DNA of 64,000 bases, from the NCBI GenBank assembly GCA_047517965.1, contig JAKZRU010000017.1, positions 15,122 through 79,121 on the forward strand, in the 5' to 3' direction. Source of the stretch: Gammaproteobacteria bacterium. GTDB taxonomy: Bacteria > Pseudomonadota > Gammaproteobacteria > Arenicellales > JAJDZL01. Under the pieces are notes generated by a model that saw only the letters and a list, made by a program, of their open reading frames with translations, was not told where the DNA came from and did no database searches. Of the stretch, positions 37,843-47,445 are shown in pieces. Position 1 is the stretch's first letter. The number at the start of each line of letters is the position of its first letter. Position numbers and translations under genes: made by a program.

Positions 37843-38007
37843 CTATGCAGAAGAATCTGACATGCTTCTAGTTGAAAGAACCATGTAGATTACAGTAACT
37901 ACAATGCCCCAGTAGGCAACGTTATGGATCGGATTGTCGAGAAAAGTGTCGAATGTTGACATGATGATGCAACTGACAATGGCTGCGATTCCTAATAGAT
38001 ATTTCAT
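37843..38007 (-). CDS. Hypothetical small membrane protein (54 aa, below the ORF-track cutoff)
   Basis: Own translation: MKYLLGIAAIVSCIIMSTFDTFLDNPIHNVAYWGIVVTVIYMVLSTRSMSDSSA. It has two hydrophobic segments and an AGGGG about 8 nt upstream of the ATG. Confidence 0.3.
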   Translation of the reverse strand: MKYLLGIAAIVSCIIMSTFDTFLDNPIHNVAYWGIVVTVIYMVLSTRSMSDSSA

Positions 38008-38347
38008 TGAATTACCCCTGAATATGTATGGCTCGAGAATTCGGAAATTTGATACTGCGATAAATTTTACCAGACCTTAGCCCATCCACTGTGTGCGATC
38101 GAGCACAGTTCGCACGAACCGGAGTAAACTAAGCGATCTGTGCTGACAATCATTTTCAAGAAACGCAGGTATATGGTAATATTTGTATTGAAGGTTTCTC
38201 CTTTGATAGTAAAAACTGCAGGATGCGCTCTTTGAATTGAAATCGTTGAAGGAGCGTCGTTTGCAGTTTGTTTGCAATGTGCCTAGGGCATGACTGTCAA
38301 TTTTGAATAAACAATAGAAGAAACACATTTTTGAGCTTGGAGCTTGC

Positions 38348-39346
38348 ATGAACATTCTCAACCTTTCTCACGAGCAAAGCGATAACTGCCTAGATCACTG
38401 GGTAGCTAATTCCTATGCCTGGGCGAAGGACGATATTAACCCACAGGACTGCATTATCCAAGTAGAGGATCAGGTACGTGACGAACTGCTGCGAATGGCT
38501 GAGTTGATAGACGCAAACCCATTACCGACCGTGTTAAGATCGATTCAGCAGTTTGAAATACCTAATACTCTTGAACTGATGGATGAAGTCAAGAGGAGGC
38601 TTGATCAGTCGCCGGGAGTTGCATTTGTTGAAAGTCTACCGCTAGAAGACATATCAATAGAGCAAGCCATTGATATTTTCTGGACAATTGGCCAGCGAAT
38701 CGGACGAAATGTCGCTCAAAAGTGGGAAGGGACCATGGTCTATCACGTTCGTGATACGGGAGCACAGTACAAATACGGCGTGCGAGGTTCGTATACCAAA
38801 GTCGAACTTATGTTCCACAACGACAATGCCTTTGGCATCAAACTGCCCCGCTATGTGGGGTTGATGTGCTTGCAGCCGTCTCTCGAAGGCGGCCTGAGCC
38901 GATTCTGCAGCCTCTACTCAATTCACAACCAAATGCTTAAGAGATATCCGGCGGAACTAAAACGCCTGTACGAGCCGGTTTTTTGGGACCGGCAGGCCGA
39001 ACACGCTGAAGGTCAACCAACAGTCGCACTTTCCCCGGTTTTTCGTTATGAAGATGAAAGACTGTGGACCCGCGCCAATCCAAGTCTAATCATGAAGGGT
39101 TACGAAGTGGCTGAAACTGCAATGGACAGCGAGACATCAGATGCGGTGTTTGCACTGAAAGAAGTATCCGAAAATCCTTCGTTGTGGTTTGAACTTCCAA
39201 TTGAGCGCGGGCACCTTCAGTACCTGAACAACATCGACATCGCTCATTATCGAAGTGAAATCATTGACCATCCTGACCCAGCAAAAAAGCGCCACCTAGT
39301 GCGTTCCTGGCACCGCGACACCGGACAAGTGACCTATGATGGATGA
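38348..39346 (+). CDS. TauD/TfdA-family Fe(II)/2-oxoglutarate dioxygenase-like protein
   Basis: 332 aa. HxD facial-triad candidate in MFHNDNAF, a distal His in IAHYRS, and an overall clavaminate-synthase-like length. Confidence 0.55.
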   Translation: MNILNLSHEQSDNCLDHWVANSYAWAKDDINPQDCIIQVEDQVRDELLRMAELIDANPLPTVLRSIQQFEIPNTLELMDEVKRRLDQSPGVAFVESLPLEDISIEQAIDIFWTIGQRIGRNVAQKWEGTMVYHVRDTGAQYKYGVRGSYTKVELMFHNDNAFGIKLPRYVGLMCLQPSLEGGLSRFCSLYSIHNQMLKRYPAELKRLYEPVFWDRQAEHAEGQPTVALSPVFRYEDERLWTRANPSLIMKGYEVAETAMDSETSDAVFALKEVSENPSLWFELPIERGHLQYLNNIDIAHYRSEIIDHPDPAKKRHLVRSWHRDTGQVTYDG

Positions 39347-39383
39347 TCGCTGTTTCTATAAAGCATTGCGAGGTAATTGAATT

Positions 39384-40133
39384 GTGACTGCACTCAGCGT
39401 TAATTTAAACAAGATAGCCCTATTAAGGAACTCCAGGGGCATGAATTTTCCAAAGGTTCTCGATTTTGCGGAACTGTGTGTCCAATATGGCGCTGATGGC
39501 GTTACTATTCATCCTCGCCCTGATCAGCGTCATGCAACCTACCAGGATGTCACCGACCTTGCTGAATTTTGCGAGCAGCATCCACAGATCGAATTCAATA
39601 TTGAAGGGTATCCGACTTCAGACTTCCTGGAAGTGGTCAAAGCCGCTAAACCAGATCAATGCACGCTCGTTCCTGACGCACCAGACCAAGTTACATCCGA
39701 CCATGGATGGAATACTCAGGCAGAAAATCACTTCCTTCGTCCCATCATTTCGGAGTTGCAGGCTCAAGGAATCCGTATCAGCATATTTCTTGATCCTGAG
39801 ATAGATTTGATTCCGTCTGCGGCAGAAACGGGTGCCGACAGAATCGAACTCTATACCGAAGAGTATGCTCGAACCTTCAGACAGGAAAACCATCTTGAAG
39901 TACTGCAGCAGTATGAAACCGCTGCTAAGGAAGCACAGAAGCACGGGCTTGGTGTGAATGCCGGTCACGACTTGAACCAGGAAAATCTCGATGCATTTCT
40001 AACCATTCCAGGTATTCTGGAAGTATCTATCGGGCATGCACTTACCATTGAAGCACTACTCAATGGTTATGAGTCCACCATCCGCTCTTACGTATCAATT
40101 ATTCAGGATTCCATCTCGCAAAAGCAGGAATAG
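39384..40133 (+). CDS. pdxJ: Pyridoxine 5'-phosphate synthase
   Basis: 249 aa with LSVNLNKIALLRNSRG...GADGVTIHPRPDQRH, the PdxJ signature region. GTG start. Confidence 0.9.
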   Translation: MTALSVNLNKIALLRNSRGMNFPKVLDFAELCVQYGADGVTIHPRPDQRHATYQDVTDLAEFCEQHPQIEFNIEGYPTSDFLEVVKAAKPDQCTLVPDAPDQVTSDHGWNTQAENHFLRPIISELQAQGIRISIFLDPEIDLIPSAAETGADRIELYTEEYARTFRQENHLEVLQQYETAAKEAQKHGLGVNAGHDLNQENLDAFLTIPGILEVSIGHALTIEALLNGYESTIRSYVSIIQDSISQKQE

Positions 40134-40139
40134 TACGGT

Positions 40140-41015
40140 TTAAACGTAATAGTAGGTAACTCTGTCGCCCTTCCGATAATTGACTACAGTTTGCGATTGC
40201 ATCCCTAATCCTTCCACGCCGAGTTCCATCCGATCCCCCGGTCTTAGAAATACCGGCGGCTTCATACCAAACCCTACTCCCGAAGGCGTGCCTGTAAGAA
40301 GTACGTCAGCTGGCAATAGTGTCATGAATCTGCTTACATAGCTGATTAGAAAAGGTACGTCGAAAATCATGTCGTCAGTACAGCCATCCTGATAACGGTT
40401 ACCTTCTACTTCCAACCAAAGCCGAAGATTCTGCGGGTCAGGTACTTCATCGGGAGTCACCAGATAGGGACCGAGCGGGCAAAACGTGTCAGCACTCTTT
40501 CCTTTCACCCACTGTCCGGTTCCTTCTATCTGAAACGCCCGTTCCGATACGTCGTTTGCGACACAATATCCAGCAACATACTCAAGCGCGCGACTTTCTT
40601 CGACATTGCATGCTGTGCTTCCGATGATGACAGCCAGCTCAACTTCCCAATCCGTCTTGACACTGTCTTTGGGGATCATCACATCGTCATTGGGACCAAC
40701 AATGGACGAGGTCGCTTTCATGAAAATAATAGGTTCTTCGGGAATGGCAAGTCCCGCCTCTTCTGCATGCATGCGGTAATTCAACCCGATACAGACTAAT
40801 TTTCCAACAGATGCTACAGGCGGTCCCAGTCTTGGATTACCATCAACGATGGGTAACTTTTCTATGTCAATCTCGGCCAGACTGTTTTGAAAATCAGGTG
40901 AAAAAGTGCTTCGGGTAATATCAGTAATTGAATCGTATAAATCACGAATCTTTCCATTGCTGTCTAACACCCCAGGTCTCTCACGCCCTCTGTCTCCATA
41001 ACGAAGTAACTTCAT
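40140..41015 (-). CDS. Fumarylacetoacetate hydrolase (FAH) family protein
   Basis: 291 aa. MKLLRYGDRGRERPGVLDSNGKIRDL is the typical N-terminus of FAH-family hydratases/isomerases. The C-terminal FAH fold pattern is GTPSGVG. Confidence 0.8.
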   Translation of the reverse strand: MKLLRYGDRGRERPGVLDSNGKIRDLYDSITDITRSTFSPDFQNSLAEIDIEKLPIVDGNPRLGPPVASVGKLVCIGLNYRMHAEEAGLAIPEEPIIFMKATSSIVGPNDDVMIPKDSVKTDWEVELAVIIGSTACNVEESRALEYVAGYCVANDVSERAFQIEGTGQWVKGKSADTFCPLGPYLVTPDEVPDPQNLRLWLEVEGNRYQDGCTDDMIFDVPFLISYVSRFMTLLPADVLLTGTPSGVGFGMKPPVFLRPGDRMELGVEGLGMQSQTVVNYRKGDRVTYYYV

Positions 41016-41140
41016 TTTTGTTTTTTCTCCTCGCTTAATTCCTCAAACGCTGTAGTAATTGCTTGACTGTGCAATTAATTACCAACCAAGACGATGATCT
41101 GTCCTCAGATTTTACGACTTATACCTGTAACTTCTCTTGT

Positions 41141-43465
41141 CTACTGATCTTTCGCATCTCTGATCAATTTCCATAACCGCTCTGATGTCACCGGCATTTG
41201 CACACCGGTGATGCCAAAAGGTTTTAATGCATCCTCAATCGCATTCATCATTGCCGCCGGTGCACCCATCGTTCCAATCTCGCCAACTCCCTTTACCCCT
41301 AACGGATTTTCGTCGGTTTCAATTGGACTCCAAATCGTTTCAAAGAACGGCAGATTGTCGGCTCTGGGCAGTGTGTAATCCAGATAACTTCCAGTAGTCA
41401 ACTGCCCGGATTCTTGATCGTATTCAGCCTTCTCACAAATTGCATGGCCAAGTCCCTGAGCAATTCCGCCGTGCACCTGACCTTCTGCAATAAGCGGATT
41501 TACCACCTTGCCTGGATCACTCACCGCGATCACTCTCTCAACCCTAAGTTGTCCCGTTTCCGGATCAATTTCCACCTCGCAAGCCTGACATCCACTCGAA
41601 AACGCGTGACCTTGGGTAATGTGTTCATACGATGCAACTAAGGATTTTCCAAAATTCCGCATGGATTTTGCCACCTCAAACAAGCCAATTCTTCGATCTG
41701 TTCCTGAAACGATAAATCGTCCTGATGCATATTCGATATCCTGCACCGCCACTTCCAGGCACTCTGATGCATGTTCTCGACCTTTCTCCAACATCCTCTC
41801 TGCACTGTGAAATATTGCTGTACCTCCAACCCTGAGAGAACGCGAAGCATGGGTGCCAGAACCAGTGCGCACTAAATCCGTGTCGCCGTCAATTATTCGA
41901 ATCTTCTCAAACGGAACCTGCAAATTGCTGGCTAGAAGCTGTGCAAATACCGTCTCATGGCCTGTACCGATTGACTTTGTACCGACTCTCGCTTCAACAA
42001 AATCCCCATCCACCTCCACTTCGGCAAATTCATTTGGGCTGCCGCCGACGCTATCTACGAAGACCGAATATCCCAACCCTCTAAGTTTCCCTGCCGCTCG
42101 AGAATTTTGATGTCTTTCCGAGTATTCATTCATGTCTATGCATTCCAGAAGCTTCCTGAAATTAGCTGGATAATCTCCCGCGGAATAATTGGCTCCAGTT
42201 GGAGTCGCCCATGGCATCTCGGACTCCTGAATGAGATTTCTCCTCCTAAAACTCAGCCGATTAATCCCCAATTCTCGTGCGGCTTCGTCAACAACTCTCT
42301 CCAGGGCATAAGAAGTTTCAGCGCGAGCAACACCTCGAAAAGCCGCGATTGGCGCGGTATTGGTGAACACTCCTTTGAGCTCGTAGTGAGCAGCTGGTAT
42401 TCGATAAACGCCACACGCCATCAAGTACATATAGCTTGCATGCAACCAGATCGATCGTGGGCTCAGATAAGCGCCCAACCGCCAGACGCTTGACAATCGG
42501 ACTGCCGTCATCTTACCGTCTTCATCTACGGCCAGTTTGATGTCCATTCTGTGGTCCCGAGACTGTGTATCCGTAGTAAAGCATTCAGAGCGATCAGCAA
42601 GCCATTTCACTGGGCGACCAGTAAATTGTGCAAGCCACCCGGCTACAGCATATTCCGGGTAGGGTCTTGCACGTGCGCCAAATCCGCCGCCGGTGTCTAG
42701 TGAAACGACTCTTACCTGATCTGTTGGAACATTCATGCAATAAGCGATCTCCTGCTGATGCCAGTGAGGAGATTGCGCGCCACAATAGATTTCAAACCGT
42801 TCTTTGTCAGTGTCATATCGGGCCAGTACTGAACGCGGTTCCATATATGCCACAATATGCCTGGGAAATTCAACTTGATAAGAGGCAACTCTTGCTGCAG
42901 TGCGAAACGCCAAATCTACTGCTTTCGCGTCACCACTTTCGGTATCAACGCAAACATTGTTTTCAAGCTCGTCCCACACAAGCGGAGCATTTTCTTGCAT
43001 GGCATCATCTACATTGATCAATGGCTGCAGAGGCTCATATTCAACTTCAACGGAATCTGCTGCAGCTTGTGCTTGGGAAATGCTGCCCGCAGCGATGACA
43101 GCAACCGGTTCGCCTACAAAGCGCACCTTGTTGCGAGCTAGCAACCATCGCCTTACATCAGACGGCTGACTGCCGTCTTTGTTGGTAACCGGACAGTCCT
43201 CACTTCGGCTCAGAGGATCAATCGGTCGAAACCCAACTTTGGCAAGCGTTTCACCATGTGCGAAAGCTTGAACGCCAGGCATGCGAACAGCCACTGATGC
43301 ATCAATGGAAACGATGCGGGCATGTGCATGAGGGCTTCGTATGAAACAGGCATACAGCTGCCCATCAAAATTCAGATCATCTGTAAATTGACCCTTGCCC
43401 TGAAGCAGCCGCTCATCTTCAACTCGAAGTACGGGTTCGCCAATCAGATTTTTCATTTCCAGCAA
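41141..43465 (-). CDS. Molybdopterin-binding large subunit of the xanthine dehydrogenase/CO dehydrogenase (CoxL-like) family
   Basis: 774 aa. The N-terminal a/b-hammerhead pattern is GEPVLRVEDERLLQGKGQFTDD, with Mo-binding domain motifs (GGGFG, AFRG). Confidence 0.85.
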   Translation of the reverse strand: MLEMKNLIGEPVLRVEDERLLQGKGQFTDDLNFDGQLYACFIRSPHAHARIVSIDASVAVRMPGVQAFAHGETLAKVGFRPIDPLSRSEDCPVTNKDGSQPSDVRRWLLARNKVRFVGEPVAVIAAGSISQAQAAADSVEVEYEPLQPLINVDDAMQENAPLVWDELENNVCVDTESGDAKAVDLAFRTAARVASYQVEFPRHIVAYMEPRSVLARYDTDKERFEIYCGAQSPHWHQQEIAYCMNVPTDQVRVVSLDTGGGFGARARPYPEYAVAGWLAQFTGRPVKWLADRSECFTTDTQSRDHRMDIKLAVDEDGKMTAVRLSSVWRLGAYLSPRSIWLHASYMYLMACGVYRIPAAHYELKGVFTNTAPIAAFRGVARAETSYALERVVDEAARELGINRLSFRRRNLIQESEMPWATPTGANYSAGDYPANFRKLLECIDMNEYSERHQNSRAAGKLRGLGYSVFVDSVGGSPNEFAEVEVDGDFVEARVGTKSIGTGHETVFAQLLASNLQVPFEKIRIIDGDTDLVRTGSGTHASRSLRVGGTAIFHSAERMLEKGREHASECLEVAVQDIEYASGRFIVSGTDRRIGLFEVAKSMRNFGKSLVASYEHITQGHAFSSGCQACEVEIDPETGQLRVERVIAVSDPGKVVNPLIAEGQVHGGIAQGLGHAICEKAEYDQESGQLTTGSYLDYTLPRADNLPFFETIWSPIETDENPLGVKGVGEIGTMGAPAAMMNAIEDALKPFGITGVQMPVTSERLWKLIRDAKDQ

Positions 43466-43474
43466 CCCATCGTC

Positions 43475-44365
43475 TCACACACTATTTGGGCCAGGAATTT
43501 GGGGCAATAGATTTTCAAATTTCGCTTTCAGCTCTTGATCCAAACTGGCGTAGGCAATATTGGCAGCTACATATCCGGCTTTGTTTCCACAGTCGTATCT
43601 TTTTCCGGTGAATTTCACACCGTGAACGGGTTCTTGCGATGCAATAGCATTGATCGCATCAGTCAGCTGAATCTCGCCTCCGAATCCGGTTTCCTGATTT
43701 TCAAGAATATCAAATACTCGACGAGAAAGAATATATCGGCCAATGGCAGCAAGGTTGGATGGGGCATTCTCAGGTTCAGGTTTTTCAATAATTCCTTCAA
43801 CCTGAATCAATGAGCCGAAAACTCGGCCTGGTTTCAGAATGCCGTAACAATTTACGAACTCGCTCTCGACTTCTTCAATCGCAAGGATGTTGCCGCCTAC
43901 CTCGGCATGCGCATCAGCCATCTGTTTCATACAGTGTGTCTCAGACAGCACCAGATCATCCGGCAAAATCACTGCAAAGTGCGAATCATCAATGTATTCC
44001 TTTGCACACAAGACTGCATGCCCCAAGCCCAATGGCTGTTCCTGCAGGACATGGAACAAACTCCCAGAATCCAAAGAATTTTCCTGTATCAATTTCAGCT
44101 CAGCGAGCTTGTTGTTCTTCCTGAGTGTTTCTTCCAGAGACGAATTTGTGGAAAAGTGTTTGATGACCAACGTATCTTTCGAGAGCGAGGGCACAACAAA
44201 AATGAATCTGTTGATACCGGCTGATTTAGCTTCATTCACCGCATATTCAATCAGCGGACGATCAACGACAGGAAGCATTTCCTTCGGAATCGCTTTAGTT
44301 GCTGGAAGAAAACGTGTTCCTAAGCCAGCGATCGGAAATACAACGGTTCGAACGGAAGAAGTCAT
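43475..44365 (-). CDS. galU: UTP--glucose-1-phosphate uridylyltransferase
   Basis: 296 aa with VVFPIAGLGTRFLPATKAIPKEMLPVVDRPLIEYAV, the GalU signature. Confidence 0.9.
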   Translation of the reverse strand: MTSSVRTVVFPIAGLGTRFLPATKAIPKEMLPVVDRPLIEYAVNEAKSAGINRFIFVVPSLSKDTLVIKHFSTNSSLEETLRKNNKLAELKLIQENSLDSGSLFHVLQEQPLGLGHAVLCAKEYIDDSHFAVILPDDLVLSETHCMKQMADAHAEVGGNILAIEEVESEFVNCYGILKPGRVFGSLIQVEGIIEKPEPENAPSNLAAIGRYILSRRVFDILENQETGFGGEIQLTDAINAIASQEPVHGVKFTGKRYDCGNKAGYVAANIAYASLDQELKAKFENLLPQIPGPNSV

Positions 44366-44506
44366 TTGGTCAGAAATAAATTATTGTCAGACAATCGATT
44401 GGTTTTTTGTGCTGTCAAGGTTTGCCAACAGTTGATAAAATACGACGCACATAGTCGCTTTCGATACGAAATGCCATAATAATAAAGCAAATCAAGCAAT
44501 AAACTG

Positions 44507-44536
44507 CTTGATTTTTCGCAAACAATTCCCATTTAT
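44507..44536 (+). promoter_or_regulatory. Candidate sigma-32 heat-shock promoter of htpG
   Basis: CTTGATT at 44507-44513, a 14-nt spacer, then CCCATTTA at 44528-44535. The consensus is CTTGAAA-N13/14-CCCCATNT. The -10 element ends 35 nt upstream of the htpG ATG. Confidence 0.5.
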
Positions 44537-44570
44537 GTCGAATATTGATTGGCTAATTTGGAGTTATTAA

Positions 44571-46475
44571 ATGTCCGAAGAAACAAAGAATGAGAACTTT
44601 ACTTTCCAAGCAGAAGTTCAGCAACTTCTGAATCTGGTCATTCATTCCCTGTATTCTGAACGAGAAGTCTTTCTGCGTGAATTGATATCCAACGCATCCG
44701 ATGCCTGCGGACGCTTGCGGTTCGACTCTCTTACCAACCCCGAAATGCGTGAGAGCGAGCAAGACTCATCCATCGACATCGAGGTCAACAAACGAGCCAA
44801 GACCATCAAGATTCACGACAATGGAATCGGTATGTCACGAGATGAAGTGGTGGAGAATATCGGCACCATCGCTCGCTCCGGGACGAAGAGATTTGTGGAA
44901 GCGCTTTCGGGAGAGCAGTCCGAAGATACCCGTTTGATCGGTCAGTTTGGCGTTGGATTCTACTCTGTATTCATGGTTGCGGAAAACGTCGTAATTCGTA
45001 CAAGGAGAGCCGGTCAGCCACCGCAAAGCGGTGTGCTGTGGGAATCAGATGGCGTCAGTGGCTATACAGTCAATCAGGAAACAATCGAAAATCCTGGCAC
45101 TGAAATCATTCTGACACTGCGTAAGGAAGCCAAGGACTTTCTGGATATCAGTGAAGTCAGGAGAATCGTTAGAAAATACTCGGATCATGTATCGATTCCC
45201 ATTCGATTGCGGGAAGTAACCAAGAGCAAGGAGGAAGATGAGTGGGAGACGGCCAATGCGGGATCTGCGTTGTGGACGCGAGCGCGCAAGGATGTCACTG
45301 AAGAGGAATATGACAATTTCTACTCTACGCTGTCATTCGATCCTGGAAAACCACTGGTCAGATTGCATAACCGAGTCGAAGGAAGACTGGAATATTCGGC
45401 GTTGCTTTACATTCCGTCGCAAGCTCCATTCGATCTGTTCGACATTGACCGCCAAAAGGGAATCAAACTATATGTTCGGCGAATCTTCATCATGGATGAC
45501 ACCGATAATCTTCTACCGGGCTATCTTCGATTTGTTCGAGGTGTAATCGACTCTGATGATCTGCCTCTGAATGTGTCGCGCGAGTTTCTGCAAAAGAACA
45601 AGCAGGTCGAAAGGATTCGGGCAGGTACAGTAAGAAAACTGTTGAATGAACTGAAGAGAGTCGCCAGTAAGGATGCAGAAAAATACCAGACGTTCTGGAA
45701 AGAATTCGGCAGGGTGTTCAAAGAAGGCATCACGGAAGATTCTGATAACAGAAAAACCATTGCTCAACTTCTTCGATTTACAAGCACGAAAGGTGAAGGT
45801 GCCGAGCAGACTGTATCTCTTCAGGATTATGTTGATCGCATGAAAGAAAAGCAGGATGCTGTCTACTATGTGACAGCAGACAGTCATGCGTCCGCAGAAG
45901 GATCGCCTCATTTGGAAATTTTCCGAAAACACGACATTGAAGTGCTGTTGATGAGTGACCCAATCGATGAGTGGGTCGTCATGCATTTGGGAGACTTTGA
46001 CGACAAACCATTGAAGTCGATCGCAAAAGGGGATCTTGCATTGGACTGGCTGGATGATGACGACAAAAGCGACGAAAAAGACACTTTAAAAGTGGATTCA
46101 CTGGTAGACAGACTGAAAGAAGCACTGACAGAACGGGCAGCCGATGTTCGAACTACGTCGAGACTAACGGATTCGCCAGCCTGTCTGGTTGTAAACGAGT
46201 ATAGTCTCAGTCGTAACATGTCTCGGATTTTGAAAGTTTCGGGACAATCCTCAGCAGATATGCCTCCAATTCTGGAAATTAATCCTGAACATCCTTTGAT
46301 TCGGCATCTAGCCGACAAGGATGACAATCTGAATGACTGGGCACATGTTCTGTTCGATCAGGCCACCCTGAGCGAAGGCACTCCATTGGAAAATCCTTCA
46401 GATTACGTTCGAAGAATCAATTCTCTGCTCACGAATTCAATCACCGAAAAAAGCCCAATCATTATCGCCTCGTAG
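44571..46475 (+). CDS. htpG: Molecular chaperone HtpG (Hsp90)
   Basis: 634 aa. FQAEVQQLLNLVIHSLYSEREVFLRELISNASDA is the Hsp90 N-terminal signature. Confidence 0.95.
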   Translation: MSEETKNENFTFQAEVQQLLNLVIHSLYSEREVFLRELISNASDACGRLRFDSLTNPEMRESEQDSSIDIEVNKRAKTIKIHDNGIGMSRDEVVENIGTIARSGTKRFVEALSGEQSEDTRLIGQFGVGFYSVFMVAENVVIRTRRAGQPPQSGVLWESDGVSGYTVNQETIENPGTEIILTLRKEAKDFLDISEVRRIVRKYSDHVSIPIRLREVTKSKEEDEWETANAGSALWTRARKDVTEEEYDNFYSTLSFDPGKPLVRLHNRVEGRLEYSALLYIPSQAPFDLFDIDRQKGIKLYVRRIFIMDDTDNLLPGYLRFVRGVIDSDDLPLNVSREFLQKNKQVERIRAGTVRKLLNELKRVASKDAEKYQTFWKEFGRVFKEGITEDSDNRKTIAQLLRFTSTKGEGAEQTVSLQDYVDRMKEKQDAVYYVTADSHASAEGSPHLEIFRKHDIEVLLMSDPIDEWVVMHLGDFDDKPLKSIAKGDLALDWLDDDDKSDEKDTLKVDSLVDRLKEALTERAADVRTTSRLTDSPACLVVNEYSLSRNMSRILKVSGQSSADMPPILEINPEHPLIRHLADKDDNLNDWAHVLFDQATLSEGTPLENPSDYVRRINSLLTNSITEKSPIIIAS

Positions 46476-46502
46476 AAATTCGTTAGTAAGTGAAGGAGAT
46501 AC

Positions 46503-46534
46503 GGAAAACAGGGAATGAGAATTCCCTGTTTTCC
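46503..46534. terminator. Bidirectional rho-independent terminator between convergent htpG and the DUF488 gene
   Basis: Perfect 14-bp stem GGAAAACAGGGAAT / ATTCCCTGTTTTCC with loop GAGA. The stem arms themselves contain the A and T runs. Confidence 0.75.
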
Positions 46535-46540
46535 TGAAAC

Positions 46541-47140
46541 CTATTCCGATCGCTGATGGGCAATACGCTGCTCTTGTGCGGCGTACGCGTCATTCACTCT
46601 CTGATCTCGCGAATAAATCAAGTCGGGTTCAGGAAGCTTCCTGAGTTCGCACAAGCGATCCATTGCTTGGCGGTGAGGCTGTGCTTTCCCATCCTCCAGA
46701 ATATGTAAAACATCATACTCATCTGTTTCCAGAGCTCGTGCAACAAGTATGGTGCGATGACAATCTAACGGCTCCTTTTCAGCACAGACGAGAGCCAAAG
46801 TTCTGCAATCAGCCAATTGTCTGATCTTCTCAATTCCAGATTGAAATAGAGAGGTATTTGCAAGCTTTTTATAGCTAACGCGGTTATTTTCGTAGCAAGT
46901 CGGGTCTTCACTACGAGCGCCTAACTCCTGACCAAGAAACTCGTAGCCTATGCTGTGCTCTTGCAGCGTTTCAATCAGATTTTCGCGATTGTATTGGGGA
47001 TTCCATCGACTGTAGGGAATCGATCTAACATCAATGAGCAGGTTTACTCGGTGCTGCTGAAGCAGTGAAACAAACTTTTCAGCCTCATGAGTTGAATGTC
47101 CAATTGTGTAAATTAGTCTGCGCCGCATAGTTGCCTGCAA
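46541..47140 (-). CDS. DUF488-family protein
   Basis: 199 aa. RLIYTIGHSTH...LLIDVRSIPYSRWNPQY is typical of DUF488. The start may be the second Met at 47128. Confidence 0.7.
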   Translation of the reverse strand: MQATMRRRLIYTIGHSTHEAEKFVSLLQQHRVNLLIDVRSIPYSRWNPQYNRENLIETLQEHSIGYEFLGQELGARSEDPTCYENNRVSYKKLANTSLFQSGIEKIRQLADCRTLALVCAEKEPLDCHRTILVARALETDEYDVLHILEDGKAQPHRQAMDRLCELRKLPEPDLIYSRDQRVNDAYAAQEQRIAHQRSE

Positions 47141-47266
47141 TCAGTTCACTGGGTTTACATTGACTTTATAGCAGTTCTTTCAGAGCAGTTGACTAAGTTC
47201 AGATTTCGGATGAAACTTTCAACTGCTCTGAGGTATGCCCTGATTCCGTCATGCGACTTTTCAACA

Positions 47267-47295
47267 TTGCTTATATGGCTTTATAAATCTATAAT
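47267..47295 (+). promoter_or_regulatory. Sigma-70 promoter candidate for the tRNA operon
   Basis: TTGCTT at 47267-47272, a 17-nt spacer, then TATAAT at 47290-47295. The -10 element ends about 65 nt upstream of tRNA-Pro. Confidence 0.6.
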
Positions 47296-47359
47296 TTACA
47301 TGTTTTGTCGGTACTGATGAACTTCTTTTTAAGGAGTTAAAATCTCGACAATCGTTGCG

Positions 47360-47436
47360 CGGGGTATAGCGTAGTCTGGTAGCGCGCCTGCTTTGGGAGC
47401 AGGAGAGCGGGGGTTCAAATCCCTCTACCCCGACCA
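47360..47436 (+). tRNA. tRNA-Pro (anticodon UGG), CCA encoded
   Basis: Hand-folded cloverleaf. Acceptor stem CGGGGTA/TACCCCG. Anticodon arm CCTGC-TTTGGGA-GCAGG. T-loop TTCAAAT. 3' ACCA. Confidence 0.9.
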
Positions 47437-47445
47437 GAGCGTTAT

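Noticed and set aside
44489-44516. Hairpin AATCAAGCA-ataaac-TGCTTGATT followed by TTTT upstream of htpG, considered as a terminator.
   Set aside because: It lies between divergently transcribed galU and htpG, so nothing reads into it. It overlaps the proposed sigma-32 -35 element, so it is more likely promoter architecture.
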